Shown here: positions 40,494 to 52,251 of the stretch, piece by piece
How positions within the stretch are numbered: the first letter of the stretch is position 1
Layout: each line of letters begins with the position of its first letter
The notes under the pieces: model-generated
What the model was told of the DNA's origin: nothing
Databases searched by the model: none
Seen by the model: the letters and a program-made list of their open reading frames with translations, nothing else
From: an uncultured Lentisphaerales bacterium
GTDB taxonomy: Bacteria > Verrucomicrobiota > Lentisphaeria > JABSQK01 > UBA12247
Assembly (NCBI GenBank): GCA_943788985.1
Contig: CALSSJ010000005.1
Coordinates: 1-64,000 of the forward strand
Length of the DNA: 64,000 nt
Direction: 5' to 3'
Made by a program: the position numbers and the translations under genes

Positions 40494-41180
40494 TCAAAGG
40501 ACTAAGACCGGTCGGAATCCGAAATTAAGCAACCGCGTCGAGGGCTCTCGCGGATAGCGATTGTTGATGCGCAGATATTCTTTCTGACAGGTGGTCCACG
40601 ACCCACCGCGGAGTTCGCAACTGGTGCCGCCTGCCTGAAACGTCCATTCATAGACATTTCCGCCTACGCCCCAGAGGCCCCACTCGTTCGCGCCAGATTC
40701 CTCCACCGGGCAAGTCACCGTGGCATGATCGTCATAGCCAGCAATGTGCTCCCAGTCCCGGTACTTCCGGCGAGCGGTTTCATCCGCGTAATTTCCATAT
40801 ATCGGGGGCCATTCATCGCCCCAAGGAAATTCCTTCTGCTTACCGCAACTGGCAAACACTGTCCATTCTTGGTGAGATGGCAGGCGCAGGAACTGGCCAT
40901 TCTGGATGGCGTTTCTGTCGCGCAGTCGCTCGGTGAACCAGCCACAGTATGCCATTGCATCCTCGTAGCTCACCTGGACTACGGGTTGCCGGTCCCCGTT
41001 TAAAGTCTCTCCCTCGTATTCGCCGCTGTCATGCGCGGCGTTGAAGGCCCGATACTCAGCATTGGTCGTGACATGCTTGCCCACCCAAAACTCCAAGGCA
41101 GGGAGCCAGATAAACTCAACGTTCAAAACCGGGTCTTTCCAATTCTCGCCGCGTACGATGCGGGTGCTGTTCTTGGTCAT
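40494..41180 (-). CDS. FGE-sulfatase (SUMF1-like) domain protein
   Basis: PVVQVSYEDA, RLPSHQEW, ANEWGL..VGGNVYEW, RGGSW, FGFR. Confidence 0.85.
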   Translation of the reverse strand: MTKNSTRIVRGENWKDPVLNVEFIWLPALEFWVGKHVTTNAEYRAFNAAHDSGEYEGETLNGDRQPVVQVSYEDAMAYCGWFTERLRDRNAIQNGQFLRLPSHQEWTVFASCGKQKEFPWGDEWPPIYGNYADETARRKYRDWEHIAGYDDHATVTCPVEESGANEWGLWGVGGNVYEWTFQAGGTSCELRGGSWTTCQKEYLRINNRYPREPSTRLLNFGFRPVLVL

Positions 41181-41496
41181 GATGACTCTTCTCTCTCGAC
41201 GGGACTCGCTATCAGCCTGTCGGACTTGGGATGATCGGCTGCAAACCTGAGCGACTTCAATTTTTTCTTGCGTAATTTTGGTTGGGTATCTTCAATACTC
41301 GTCCTTTGAATGCGCAACTCTAATCGATTCGCTCCGATTTTCGCCAAGATCCCCGTTAGACAGACAGACTGCTAGCTACTATAACGATTCATGCGGCAAT
41401 AAACAGGTTGGTATCGGCAGTTTGTCCACAGTTTCTGCCACGTGCCGTGCGATGGGGCCAGCTCTCCTCTGCAGATGCGGCACTCGAACCTAGCGA

Positions 41497-42165
41497 CTAC
41501 TCGAGAAGGGAGCGGAATTCCTTGAACTCGGCCTGGAGGGCGGCGAGCTGGGACTCGAGGGTCTCGACGCGGTCGCTGAGGGCTTCGATGGCCTCCTGGC
41601 GGGCACGAACTGCGGTGGTTGCGGACTCCGCAACTGCGGCGGGGGCGACGGTGTCGATTTCAGGAGCGCCAGCGAGAAGGTGGGCGTGCCGAGGCTCTTT
41701 GCGCCCCGGTTGTACGAGCAGGGTCATCATGAGCGGCGGTTCGTTCTCGGCGAGCCGATGCACGGTGGCCTCGGCTTCGGTGGGGGAGGCAAAGGGGTGG
41801 AGTCTGGCGGTGCGGCCTTTGAGTTCGCCTGCGGTTTGCGGACCTCGCAACATGGCGACGCAAAGAACGGCTAGTTCGGCGTCGTCAAGGTCCAAGACGC
41901 GGGGCATGGTATGGGCGTATTTCGGCACGCGGCTTCCGGCGGTGGTGACTTGCTCGGCAAGCCCTTTGTGCCGCAAGCCATCGAGGGCCACTACGACGTC
42001 TTCGTCGGTGAAGTGCATGACCGGATCACGGTTCGACTTCTGGCTGGCCGCGGTGCTCAGAGCGTTGAGTGTGAGCGGATAGTAATCCGGGGTTGTGACC
42101 TGCTTCTCGATCAGGCAACCGAGCATGCGTACTTCATCGTGGGTAAGCTGTGAAAGTTCTGGCAT
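41497..42165 (-). CDS. yceH: YceH / DUF480 family protein
   Basis: RMLGCLIEKQVTTPDYYPLTLNAL...QKSNRDPVM; LRGPQTAGEL. Confidence 0.9.
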   Translation of the reverse strand: MPELSQLTHDEVRMLGCLIEKQVTTPDYYPLTLNALSTAASQKSNRDPVMHFTDEDVVVALDGLRHKGLAEQVTTAGSRVPKYAHTMPRVLDLDDAELAVLCVAMLRGPQTAGELKGRTARLHPFASPTEAEATVHRLAENEPPLMMTLLVQPGRKEPRHAHLLAGAPEIDTVAPAAVAESATTAVRARQEAIEALSDRVETLESQLAALQAEFKEFRSLLE

Positions 42166-42269
42166 TGAGGCTTCCGTGTTGTGACGCGTTATACAGTGCG
42201 CGCGCGGCGTTAGTACAAGTGCTCGGGAATATCTAGGTACACATCCGCCATACTTTAACAGGGTACACG

Positions 42270-42731
42270 ATGAACGACAACTACACGAAATTTACCCTTC
42301 CTACCGTTCTGGTTTTGGCACTGGCCGCAGGCATGTTTTTGGGCGTGACAGGACTGGCTGAGGACGAACCGGCAGTTCCGGCAGAGCGCACTGTGGAGCA
42401 GCTTTCTGCGGACCAACTCGAGATCACCCGGCAGTTGCGAGCGCGTGCGGATGAGATCGATAAGGCCAAGGATGCCGTGGTACTGCGCAGTAAAATTACG
42501 GAGCTGACCCAGGAGCTGCGGGCGGCCCGGGCGGCGCTCACGCAGCTGGTCCACGATGATAAGGAGTATGCGAAATTGCTGGAGAAGCGCGACGCGCTCC
42601 GCGATGAGATGCGGCGGGTCCGGACCTTGCGCTCTAGGAGAACCCTGACCAGAACCACGCCACAGCCCCCGGCTGATGCGGATACTACGCAACCGGATGC
42701 AGCGACTCCTACCCCGGCCCCGCAGGACTGA
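42270..42731 (+). CDS. Secreted coiled-coil hypothetical protein, first gene of the pilus operon
   Basis: Signal peptide, heptad-rich middle, Pro/Thr tail; 9 nt upstream of the pilin gene. Confidence 0.6.
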   Translation: MNDNYTKFTLPTVLVLALAAGMFLGVTGLAEDEPAVPAERTVEQLSADQLEITRQLRARADEIDKAKDAVVLRSKITELTQELRAARAALTQLVHDDKEYAKLLEKRDALRDEMRRVRTLRSRRTLTRTTPQPPADADTTQPDAATPTPAPQD

Positions 42732-42740
42732 GCAACCACG

Positions 42741-43456
42741 ATGTCTGCAAAAACTGGTCGACGTAGCCGGTTCACTCTGATTGAACTGCTTGTTGTAATC
42801 GTCATTATTATGATTCTTATTGGCCTGTTGCTCCCAGCATTTCAGCAGGCTAGGGCGCAGGCACGGGCCACTAGCTGCACGAGCCAAATGCGCCAGTTTG
42901 GGATGGGGACGCTGTCGTATCGGGAAGACCATGATACGCTGATGCCGCCGTGGCTGTCTTCAATCAGCGAGGATTACTTGGGTGGTCCGGAGTTGCTGGT
43001 GTGCCCGCAAGACCCCTCGGCTGGTGCGGCAGGTGGGCGCCCTGGAGGTACTGATGGGCTTGAGCAGATCGATCCGCTTATCGAGCGATGACTTCGAGGA
43101 GACGGATGACATCGCGACCAATCCCTGATCGCCCCGGCACGGGTGCCGACGAGGATGTGGAGAAGTGCAGCTACATGTATGAGTTTGCCAACGTCGAAGT
43201 GCTCGTGGTGAGCGATTGCGAAATACGTGGTGGGCAGCGAAAACGAGTACAGATGGCCGACGGGCTTGGGCGAGATCGCGATCCGGCCCGCTTCAGCATC
43301 GTTGGGCGGGCGTGGGAGCCGGATCTATTTCCATCGGCTCGCTGCGTCTGGCACTTTGCCGTGCTTGTGGGGGAAGACAGGAGCTAGTGTTGAATACTTC
43401 GTTCGCCGGGGGCTTCTTTAAGAGCCGGCTCCACATGGGAAGATGGAGTTTACTGA
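42741..43456 (+). CDS. Prepilin/pseudopilin-type protein with several frameshifts
   Basis: [14 protein letters not shown]...CTSQMRQFG...LLVCPQD; continues in other frames (CSYMYEF; TWEDGVY*) and overlaps the secretin ATG. Confidence 0.75.
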
Positions 43457-45342
43457 TGAATCGATTCGCAGCGGCTAGTGTGCCGATCGTCGTGCTGTGC
43501 CTGGCTGGGCTGCTCAGCTCCTGCACGCATTTTGATATGCCCCAATTCAAAGTGGGGGGACAGGGCGAGGCGATCGCGTCGATGTCGCCCGAGAGTGCAG
43601 CGGTAGCCGGGCGGATTGAGTTGGCGCGCGAGTTGATTGAGGACAACGAGTTCTCGGCCGCGGAGCGGACGTTGCTACCGGTGATGGATGTGCCGGAGTT
43701 CTCGGAGGAGATCGCGGGTTTGTTGCAGACGATCAACCAAGGAAAAGCGTACGCGGCCCGGCAGCTGGCGAAGGAGCATTCCAAGGCTGTGGCGCTGGGA
43801 GAAGTGGATCAACGATTGGTGCTTCCGGAGAATTACGGCCGGACGATCCTGATCACGCCGAACATGGATCCGCAATCGATCCCGGTGGGGCGGATGGAGG
43901 AGCTGTTTCACAAGCCGATCGACCTGTCGGTTTATGGCGCTGATGTGCGCACACTGGTGATCGCCTTGAGCGAGATTGATGGGTTGAATATTCTGGCAGA
44001 TCAGGCGCTCAGCTCGGAAAAGACGCTGGACGTGAATGTGAAGGGCGTGCCGCTGGGTGAATTGCTGGCGTACATCGCTGCCAACCTGGATGTGTCGTTT
44101 CACTTGGGGGAGCACATGATCTGGGTGACTGAGGCTGAGCCAGGAGCTGGCGCTGGGCCAGAACTGGAGACGCGTGTGTACCGGCTGAATCGCGGCTACA
44201 TCCCGGGCTTTGCCGAGCAAGAGGAGGAAGAGCAAGGTGGCGGCGGATTTGGCGGCGGGCGCAATGGCGACCGGAATCAGGTCGGAAACATTGAGGGGCG
44301 TAATGTGAAGCTGGAGGCGCAGGATGAACTGCTCGATGCGCTAACTGATTTTCTGGAGACTAATCCAAACAGCCCGGACGAGGCAGCATACACACTGTTC
44401 CGCAACAACAACGTGCTGATGATCCGCAACAACCGCAAGAATCTGCGGCTGGCTGAAGAAATCATGCGTGCCTTCGATGTGATCCCGCCGCAGATTCTAA
44501 TTGAAGCGCGCTTCGTGACCTTGGGACAGTCTGATTTGTTTCAGCTTGGGGTCGGCCTGGAAGATGTGCAGTATGAGCGTGTTGATGAGAACGGGGTGCC
44601 GACCTTTCGGCTGGGCGGAGTGGGCGCAAATATACCGTTCGCCAGCGATGCCGGTGGCGCACCGGGCCGCTTGCAGCTGGCTGGTGTGTTGGATGAGGTG
44701 TCTTACAGCGCGGTGATTGAGGCAGTGGAGCGGGCTCGCAGTAGCGAGATGCTGAGTGCACCGCGGATCACGGTGCTGAATAATCAGCAGGCCAGTCTGC
44801 GGAAAGAGACGACCGAGTTTTACTACGAAGAGTTCGAGCGGGGCGATACGCTCTCTTCGAATACCAACACCAGCACTTCGCTCAATGGCAGCGGTGCCTT
44901 GGTCCCGACTGGTCAACCTACGCAGTTAGACACGGGCTTGGCATTGAATGTGAAACCCAGCATTGGCCACGACCAACGCGGCATTCTGCTGGCGATTCAG
45001 GCGACGATTTCGGAACTGGTGGAATTCAGGCCCGTTGAGATTCAAGAAGGAGACACCACCACAGAGTTTACCAAGCTGCCGGTGATCGACAAGAACACGC
45101 TTACGACCGTGGCCACGGTAAATAGTGGTGAGACCGTAGTCTTGGGCGGGATGTTGGAGACGACTCAGACAGAGACCGAGAGCCAGGTCCCGTTTCTTGG
45201 CGATTTGCCCTTGGTCGGGAATCTGTTCAAACGGCGCGACAATACGACAGACCCCAAGCATCTGCTGATCTTCCTGACGGCGACGATCGTGGATCAAGAC
45301 GGGCGATTTAACACGGCCAATCCGCGACGGAGTGTACCGTGA
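43456..45342 (+). CDS. Secretin (GspD/PilQ family), predicted lipoprotein
   Basis: Lipobox LLSSC; QILIEARFV, LSAPRITVLNNQ, NSGETVVLGG, VPFLGDLPLVGNLF, LLIFLTATI. Confidence 0.92.
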   Translation: MNRFAAASVPIVVLCLAGLLSSCTHFDMPQFKVGGQGEAIASMSPESAAVAGRIELARELIEDNEFSAAERTLLPVMDVPEFSEEIAGLLQTINQGKAYAARQLAKEHSKAVALGEVDQRLVLPENYGRTILITPNMDPQSIPVGRMEELFHKPIDLSVYGADVRTLVIALSEIDGLNILADQALSSEKTLDVNVKGVPLGELLAYIAANLDVSFHLGEHMIWVTEAEPGAGAGPELETRVYRLNRGYIPGFAEQEEEEQGGGGFGGGRNGDRNQVGNIEGRNVKLEAQDELLDALTDFLETNPNSPDEAAYTLFRNNNVLMIRNNRKNLRLAEEIMRAFDVIPPQILIEARFVTLGQSDLFQLGVGLEDVQYERVDENGVPTFRLGGVGANIPFASDAGGAPGRLQLAGVLDEVSYSAVIEAVERARSSEMLSAPRITVLNNQQASLRKETTEFYYEEFERGDTLSSNTNTSTSLNGSGALVPTGQPTQLDTGLALNVKPSIGHDQRGILLAIQATISELVEFRPVEIQEGDTTTEFTKLPVIDKNTLTTVATVNSGETVVLGGMLETTQTETESQVPFLGDLPLVGNLFKRRDNTTDPKHLLIFLTATIVDQDGRFNTANPRRSVP

Positions 45343-48300
45343 ATACGCAAGTTAAGCTCCTACTTCTGGCGGTCTTGGTGGCTTGCCCGCTGTTTGGCGG
45401 GCTGCCCCATGCGGGCGACGACTTCGTGGTAGTCGATGAAGATTCCTCCGTCACCTTCAATCCACTGGGCAATGACTTCGATCTGGATGTGAGCACTCAA
45501 GATCCTTCGACTACTGTTTCGGAAGATGGCAGCCCGGCTGAGAGACTGACGATTACGAATTATCGTTCGCCACAGAACGGCTATGTCACCCGGACCGCCG
45601 AGATGCTTACCTATACGCCGATCGCAGATTTCAACGGGACGGATTTCTTCTACTACACGATTACCGACGGCAGCGGGCATTTTGACGTGGGCAAGGTCAC
45701 GGTGATCGTGCAGTCGCAAGGAGATGACGTGATCGCGATCAATGACAACGCGCAGTTGGCGGAGGACGCAACGGCCGTCATTGATGTACTGGCCAATGAC
45801 AATAATCCGGACGATGACGATCTGATCGTCGCGGGCTTTACGCAGCCGTCTGCCGGGACCGTAGAGCTGTTGAACGATCAGACCATGCGCTATACACCCG
45901 GTTTGGATTTCAACGGGCAGGATTCGTTCAGCTACGTGGTCCAGGATCCGGACGGAAACACGGACACGGGGACCGTGCTGCTGGTGGTCTCGGCCGTGAA
46001 TGACGCACCGCGCACCAGCGGGATTGCGAACATCGCAGCAAAGTCGAACGATCCAAACTTTACGATTGATCTGACTGACGTGTTTTCCGATCCTGAGGAC
46101 GGTCTCCCGAGCGTGGAACTGGTCGGCATCTCGAGCACTTCGGTGTTTGACAGTGTGCTGGTAAATGGTGAAGAGGCGTTGCCCGTGGGCGGCGGGCGAG
46201 TCCAAGACGGATCCGACAGCAATCCTGGCGCTTGGCCGTTTATGGCGGCGTTGGTGCAGGCAGATGCAACAATTGCTGCCGATGGCTTGTTCTGTGGTGG
46301 CGTCTTGATTCACCCGGAATGGGTATTGACGGCGGCCCACTGTCTGCCAGATACCAGCGCTGAAGACGTGCATGTGGTGCTGGGGCGCCACGACCTGCGT
46401 ACCGCGGGCGGCGAACGAATTCAAGCCGCCGAGCTGATCGTGCATCCTGGGTATAAGGATGATACGCTAGAGAACGATGTCGCGCTGATTCGTCTGACCC
46501 GCGCCTCGAACCAGCCTACGATTCGCATGACCGTCGAGGCGGAGGCCGCCCGGTTCGCACCGGGCGTGAGCGCCACAGTGGTGGGCTGGGGGATTACAGA
46601 CCCGGACGGCACCGAGGCGTCAGTGATTCAGCAACAGGCTGTGTTGCCGATCGTAGCGATCCAGACTGCGGCGGCCAGCGGGCTCGGCCCATTTACGGAC
46701 ACGATGCTCGCTGCTGGCTTCGCAGACAGTACGACTTCGCCGTGTCCCGGGGATAGCGGCGGTCCGCTGTTGGTCTCTGATGGGGCTGGTGGTGAACTGG
46801 TGGCTGGAATGATCAGCTTTGTCACACCCGGCTGCATCAACTACAGCGGCTATACGCGTGCAGCGAGCTTTGTGGACTGGGTGACGGCGCGCACTGGGAT
46901 TCAGATCGCGGCAAGCTCCCTGATCCTTAATTACAAGCCGGGCTCAAGTGGGACGTCGGTGATTACGCTGCGGGCGACCGATGCGCAAGGGCTGCATGCG
47001 GACACGAATTTCACTGTTGCGGTGACGCATGAAAACGATTTGCCGCTGTTGACATTACCGAGCCTTGCTATGGTCGAGGATGCCGGGGCCCAGTCTCTGT
47101 CGCTTTACTCGCTGGCAGCAGATCTAGAGGACGAGGATGAGGATTTGGCGTTCACGGTGGTGAGCGTCGCCAACGGCGATCTTTTCGCGACAGGACCGGA
47201 GATTACGGGCGAGCCTGACTTGCTGGCTTTTGAGACCGTGGAGAATGCATTCGGCAGCGCTGAGATTGTGGTGCGGGTGACCGATAGCGAGGCAGGCAGC
47301 ACGTCTGCGATTCTGGTGTTAAGTGTCAGCCCGGTGAACGACGCGCCCGAGGGCACGGCAGCAAGCTGGGCCGTTAATGCGGACGCCGGCTCGACGACGC
47401 TGGACCTGTTCAGTCTGGTCAGCGATCTAGAATCTGCCGATGACCAGCTGGATTTTGAGATTGTGGGGAACACCAATCCGGATGTGCTGAGCGGCATCCT
47501 GATCGACGGGAATCCGCGGCAACTGCTGCGCATCTCGCCAGCCACGAGCCTTGCGACTGGCGACCATGTGACCACGGTGACGGTGCGCGCTACGGATCCC
47601 GGTGGCTTGAGCAGTGACCTTGTGATCACAATTACGGTGACTCAGGATAATCACGCGCCGACAGTGGTCGATGATTTCGCGTTTGTGGACGAGGACACGA
47701 CGCTCGACTTGACCGTGATGGCCAACGACAGCGATAGCGATGGCGATTCGCTGACAATTCGCGCCTTCTCCCAGCCTACACAGGGCTCGGTGGTGCGTCG
47801 GGACAGCCAGACGCTGCAGTATCGACCGAATCGCGACGCGACCGGAAATGACGCCTTCACCTACACCGTGAGCGATGGCACCGATCTGGCGACGGCCACG
47901 GTGACGCTGACGATCGTGGCGCTGAATGATGCGCCGGACGCGTTTCCGATGTTTGTCGTGGTGCCCGAAGACGCCCAGCAGTTTGAGATCGATCCGTTTG
48001 AGAATGCCGAAGATCCGGATGGGGACGAGCTGCAACTGGTCGACCAGAGCACGCCCGAGAACGGGATTGTGGCCTTTGACGGTGCCAAGATTCTGTACAC
48101 GCCAAATGCGGACTTCGCCGGGACTGATTCGTTTGTCTTCACCGTTTCCGATCCTGCTGGAGCCGTGGCCTCTGCAGCGGTCATGGTGATTGTCGAAGGT
48201 GCACCCGATGCACCGGTTGCGGCGGCTGACTTCGTGGTGGTTCCAGAAGATCAGCAGACGCAAATAGACGTGTTGGCTAACGACCTAGATGTCGATATTG

Positions 48301-51300
48301 GTGACGTCCTGACGCTGGTCGATATCTCAGATCCGAATGGCGCTTCTGCTTGGATTCAGGAAGGGCAGATTACGTTTGAGCCGGTCGCCGACTTTACGGG
48401 GACGAGCCTGCTGACCTACACCGTTCATGACCGTGACGGGCTGACTGACTCTGGTGTCTTGACGGTTGAAGTGACGGCCCAGCCCGACGCGCCGGAGCTT
48501 GCGGACTCCGCAATTGCCACGGATGAGGACGTCACGCTGAGCGGTGTGCTCACCGCGGTAGACGCTGATGGCGACACGACCACACTCGAGCTGCTCACGC
48601 AGCCTGCTCTCGGCGTGCTAACCCTGGCGGCCGATGGCTCCTTTACCTTTACGCCTACTGCGGATGCGAATGGATCGGCAGTTGCTTTGGTGCGGGTCAC
48701 GGATGCCACGGGGCGCTCGAGTTCCTCGAACCTGACGATCGAGATCGCCCCGGTGAATGATGCGCCGGAGATCGCCTCCCGGCAGTTCAACGTGAATGAG
48801 GACGGGTCGCTTACCATCGAGCTGCTCGCCGGTGCCACCGATCCAGACGGCGACACGCCGATTCTTGGTGCGATCCAAACCTTCCCCGCCACGGGCTCAT
48901 TGACTCTAGCTGGGACACAGGCAACCTATTCTCCAAACGCCGACAGCACGGCTGACGACTCGTTCGTATATCAGATCATTGATGGCAACGGTGGCTCGAC
49001 AACCGCTGAAATCTCACTCACGGTGATCCCCCAAAACGATGCCCCCAAGGCGGCTGATGATGTCTTCGTGACCCAAGAGGACGTTGCGATCTCAGGAAAT
49101 GTGTTAACCAACGACAGCGACCCTGATTTGGATACCTTGACCGCCAGCGGCATAAGCGGCCCCGGGGCTGGGCAGATCACGCTGTTGCCCGACGGCAGTT
49201 TTACCTATGTTCCGGATCCGGATGCGACCGGCGCAGATAGCTTCACCTACGCAGCCTCCGACGGCGTATTGGCAACCACGGCTACGGTGACGGTTCTGGT
49301 TCACGGGGCTAATGACGATCCGACGACTCCGGTAACGCTCGCGGCTGTGACCGAAGAGGATACCCCGATCACGCTGGATCTGGTGGGCCCGATCAGTGAT
49401 GTCGATAACGATCCGGTGCGCGTGGTGCAGTTCATCAGCACGCCAGCGCTCGGCGGGCTCACAGCGGCTGGAACTGGCACCTATCTCTACACGCCAGCTG
49501 CGAATGTTTCTGGACCCGATTCGTTCAGATATCTGGTGGTGGATGGCCAGGGCGGCAGTCTGACGGTGACGATGGAGATCTCGATCACCCCGGTCGACGA
49601 TGCGCCTGTTGCCAACCCAGACGTCTACAGCGTGCAGGTTGGGAGCGTGCTGACCGTCTCGGCCCCCGGCGTGTTGAGCAATGACTCGGATGTCGACAGT
49701 AACACGCAAACTACCTCGCTGTTGGTTCCGGCTGCTAACGGCACGGTCACAGTCAGTGCCGAAGGCTCCTTCTCCTACCAGTCTGACGTGGTCGGTAGCG
49801 ACAGTTTTACCTACCAAGTAAGTGGCGGCATTTCCAGCGCGATCGGCTTGGTCACGATCACCGTAACCGCGGAGCCGGTGGTCGCGCCGGTTGCGAACTC
49901 CGCAACCTACACTGTGGCTGAGGATGAGTCTGTGAGTGCCGAACTCACGACCGCTGCGGTCTCCGCAAGTATTATCGCAGCCCCGTCGCGCGGCACAGTG
50001 ACGCTGGTCGATCGTACCTTCAGCTATGTCCCTGACGGCGATGAAAATGGCAGCGACAGCTTTGTGTTTGTGCTGGACAATGGCTCTGCGACTGCGAGCG
50101 GCACCATTACGATTGAGATTCAGCCGGTCAACGATGACCCGGTACTGGACCGGAATGTGCCGGTGTTCACGGCCGAGGATACGGCGGTGGTGATTGATCT
50201 GCTGGAAGATGTGAGTGATGCGGACGGTGATGTGTTGTTCGTGGGTGAGATCACCGCGCCAAGCTCGGGGACGTTGTCTGGGCTATCGGGCAGCAGTGTG
50301 ACCTTTACCCCGCAGTCTGACTTTTCTGGAGATGTCGAGCTGGCACACACAGTCGTAGACGGCGCGGGTGGTTCCGTGGCGATCACGCGCACGATTCGCG
50401 TGCAACCGACAAATGACCGGCCGATCGCCGAGGCGGATCAGTACAGCATTGCCTTTGGCCACGTGCTGGAGGTGCGCGTGCAGGATGGCGTGCTGCTGAA
50501 TGATTTCGACGGGGAAGGCCAGCCGCTGACTGTGGATCCGCTAACGGGCCCAGAGAACGGCAGTCTGACACTGAATGCCGGTGGCGCCTTTACCTATGTG
50601 CCAGCGGTGACATTTTTCGGCGAGGATTCATTCACTTACCGAGTGGGCGATGGCGAGGCCTTCTCGAATAGCGGTGTGGTTAGTCTGTCGGTCGAGATCG
50701 ACTCGTTGGCAGGTGACTTCGATAGCAGTGGTGCTGCGGACGAGGAAGATGTAAACGCGTTGCTGTTGGCGTTTGGTACAAACAATCTGTTGTATGACCT
50801 GGTCCAAGATGGGATCATCGACTTCCGTGATCTGACGGTTCTGGTAAGCCTGGTCGAGCAGGGTGGGGCCCGCTACCTGGCGCATCCGTATCCTGCGGGA
50901 ATTGAGCTGGCACTGCTGGCGCCGCATCAGGTGGCTCCGAACGAAGTGTTCTCGGTAAACATTCTGATGCGAGATGCAAGCGGTGCTTACGGCGTGCGCG
51001 GCGGCGCTCTAGATTTGCATGTGGCGAACGCGACGCCAATCGGGTTTCACCCGACGACCGCGGTTTCTGCGGAGTTCGCGCAGCTGGCTACGCATGGGCA
51101 GGTCACGCCTTGGGGCATCTCCGGGCTCGGTGGGGTGACGCTGGCGCATGGCGTCGGTACGGCTGCACCTGCGACATTTGCCACGGTTGAGTTCCAGGCT
51201 CCGGCGACGCCTGGGACGGTGAGCGTGGGACTGGGGCTTGGAAACTGGCACCTCGGCCTGGGAGCTCCTGCCGGGCTGCAAGCGATCGGCAATATTGGGA

Positions 51301-52239
51301 TCCCAAGCCCGCAAGTTGTGCACGTTGTCGCGCCCACGGTGCCTGGCCTTCGGCTTACGCCTACGGCGGTGACCCTGCCGGTGAATTCGCCGGTGACGAA
51401 TCTGCTGGCTGGCGTGACTGCCGACCGGCTGGTCTCCGTGAATGGGTACGTGGATTGGCGTCAGCCGGGCGTTTACGCGGTGGATTACAGCTACAACGGC
51501 CTTACGCAGACTCGGAACTATACGATTACGCCAGACTGGAGAATGAAGTTTGTCACCGGCAACACGCACTACACCATCGGGATGGCAACGAGCGGCCTTG
51601 GGGCAGGAATGTTGGCGTTTGCGGATTCCGCAACCTGGACGCTGGTGCCAGGGCCGGGTGGGCTAAGCTGGGACCCGTTGACGGTTCCGCCAGGGGCGTT
51701 GTACCTTGAACCGCGGGATGCGCACGGCGTGAGCTTGGGCTATGCCTTGGACGCTGCAGCCTACGGCACTGCGCCGTTCGCGGCGAGCTATCTCGTGCGC
51801 TACGAGCACGCGATCGAAACCGTGGATGTGGCGCTGGTCCCCGGGTGGAACCTAGTGGGTGTGCCACTGAATTTGCTGGATTCGACACTAGGCGTGCTTG
51901 GGGCCACGGTGACTGGGCCTGTTTGGACCTATGAGCACGGCGAGCAATCGCAGGCCGATCGATTGCGGGCTGGGCGTGCTTACTGGGTGAACAGCACGGC
52001 TGCGACCATGCTGCGGCTCCGTGGCACGCGAGCTGGATACCCGACTGTCGGTTTGTCCGCTGGCTGGAATCTGATTGCGCTGCCAACGACGGATCGCCGG
52101 GCGCAGATCTCTGTGCCGGAAGGATCGCGGGGTCTATGCCTGGGATGAGTTTATGTACCAGCCTGTGAGCGAAGGTCTGCACCCCGGTGTGGGCTATTGG
52201 ATCTGGAGCCCGACTGCGCACGAATTGCCGGTGCAATAA
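45339..52239 (+). CDS. Giant secreted cadherin/Ig-like tandem-repeat protein with S1 serine protease, dockerin-like and cohesin-like modules; frameshift near 52130
   Basis: Repeats NDAP...DD...ED...VLAND.D.DGD...YTP..DF.G.DSF.Y; TAAHC / NDVALIRL / GDSGGP; GDFDSSG...DLVQDGIIDFRD; GWNL repeats; the other frame ends PGVGYWIWSPTAHELPVQ*. Confidence 0.88.
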
Positions 52240-52251
52240 GGGAGCCGACTG

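Noticed and set aside
40494..41180. True formylglycine-generating enzyme serving the two sulfatases
   Set aside because: After RGGS there is only one Cys (RGGSWTTCQ), not the catalytic Cys pair of real FGE; it is an FGE-fold protein only.
43216..43455. N-terminal 80 aa of the secretin ORF as listed in the track
   Set aside because: It belongs to the frameshifted pilin gene; the ATG at 43456 gives a proper lipoprotein signal.
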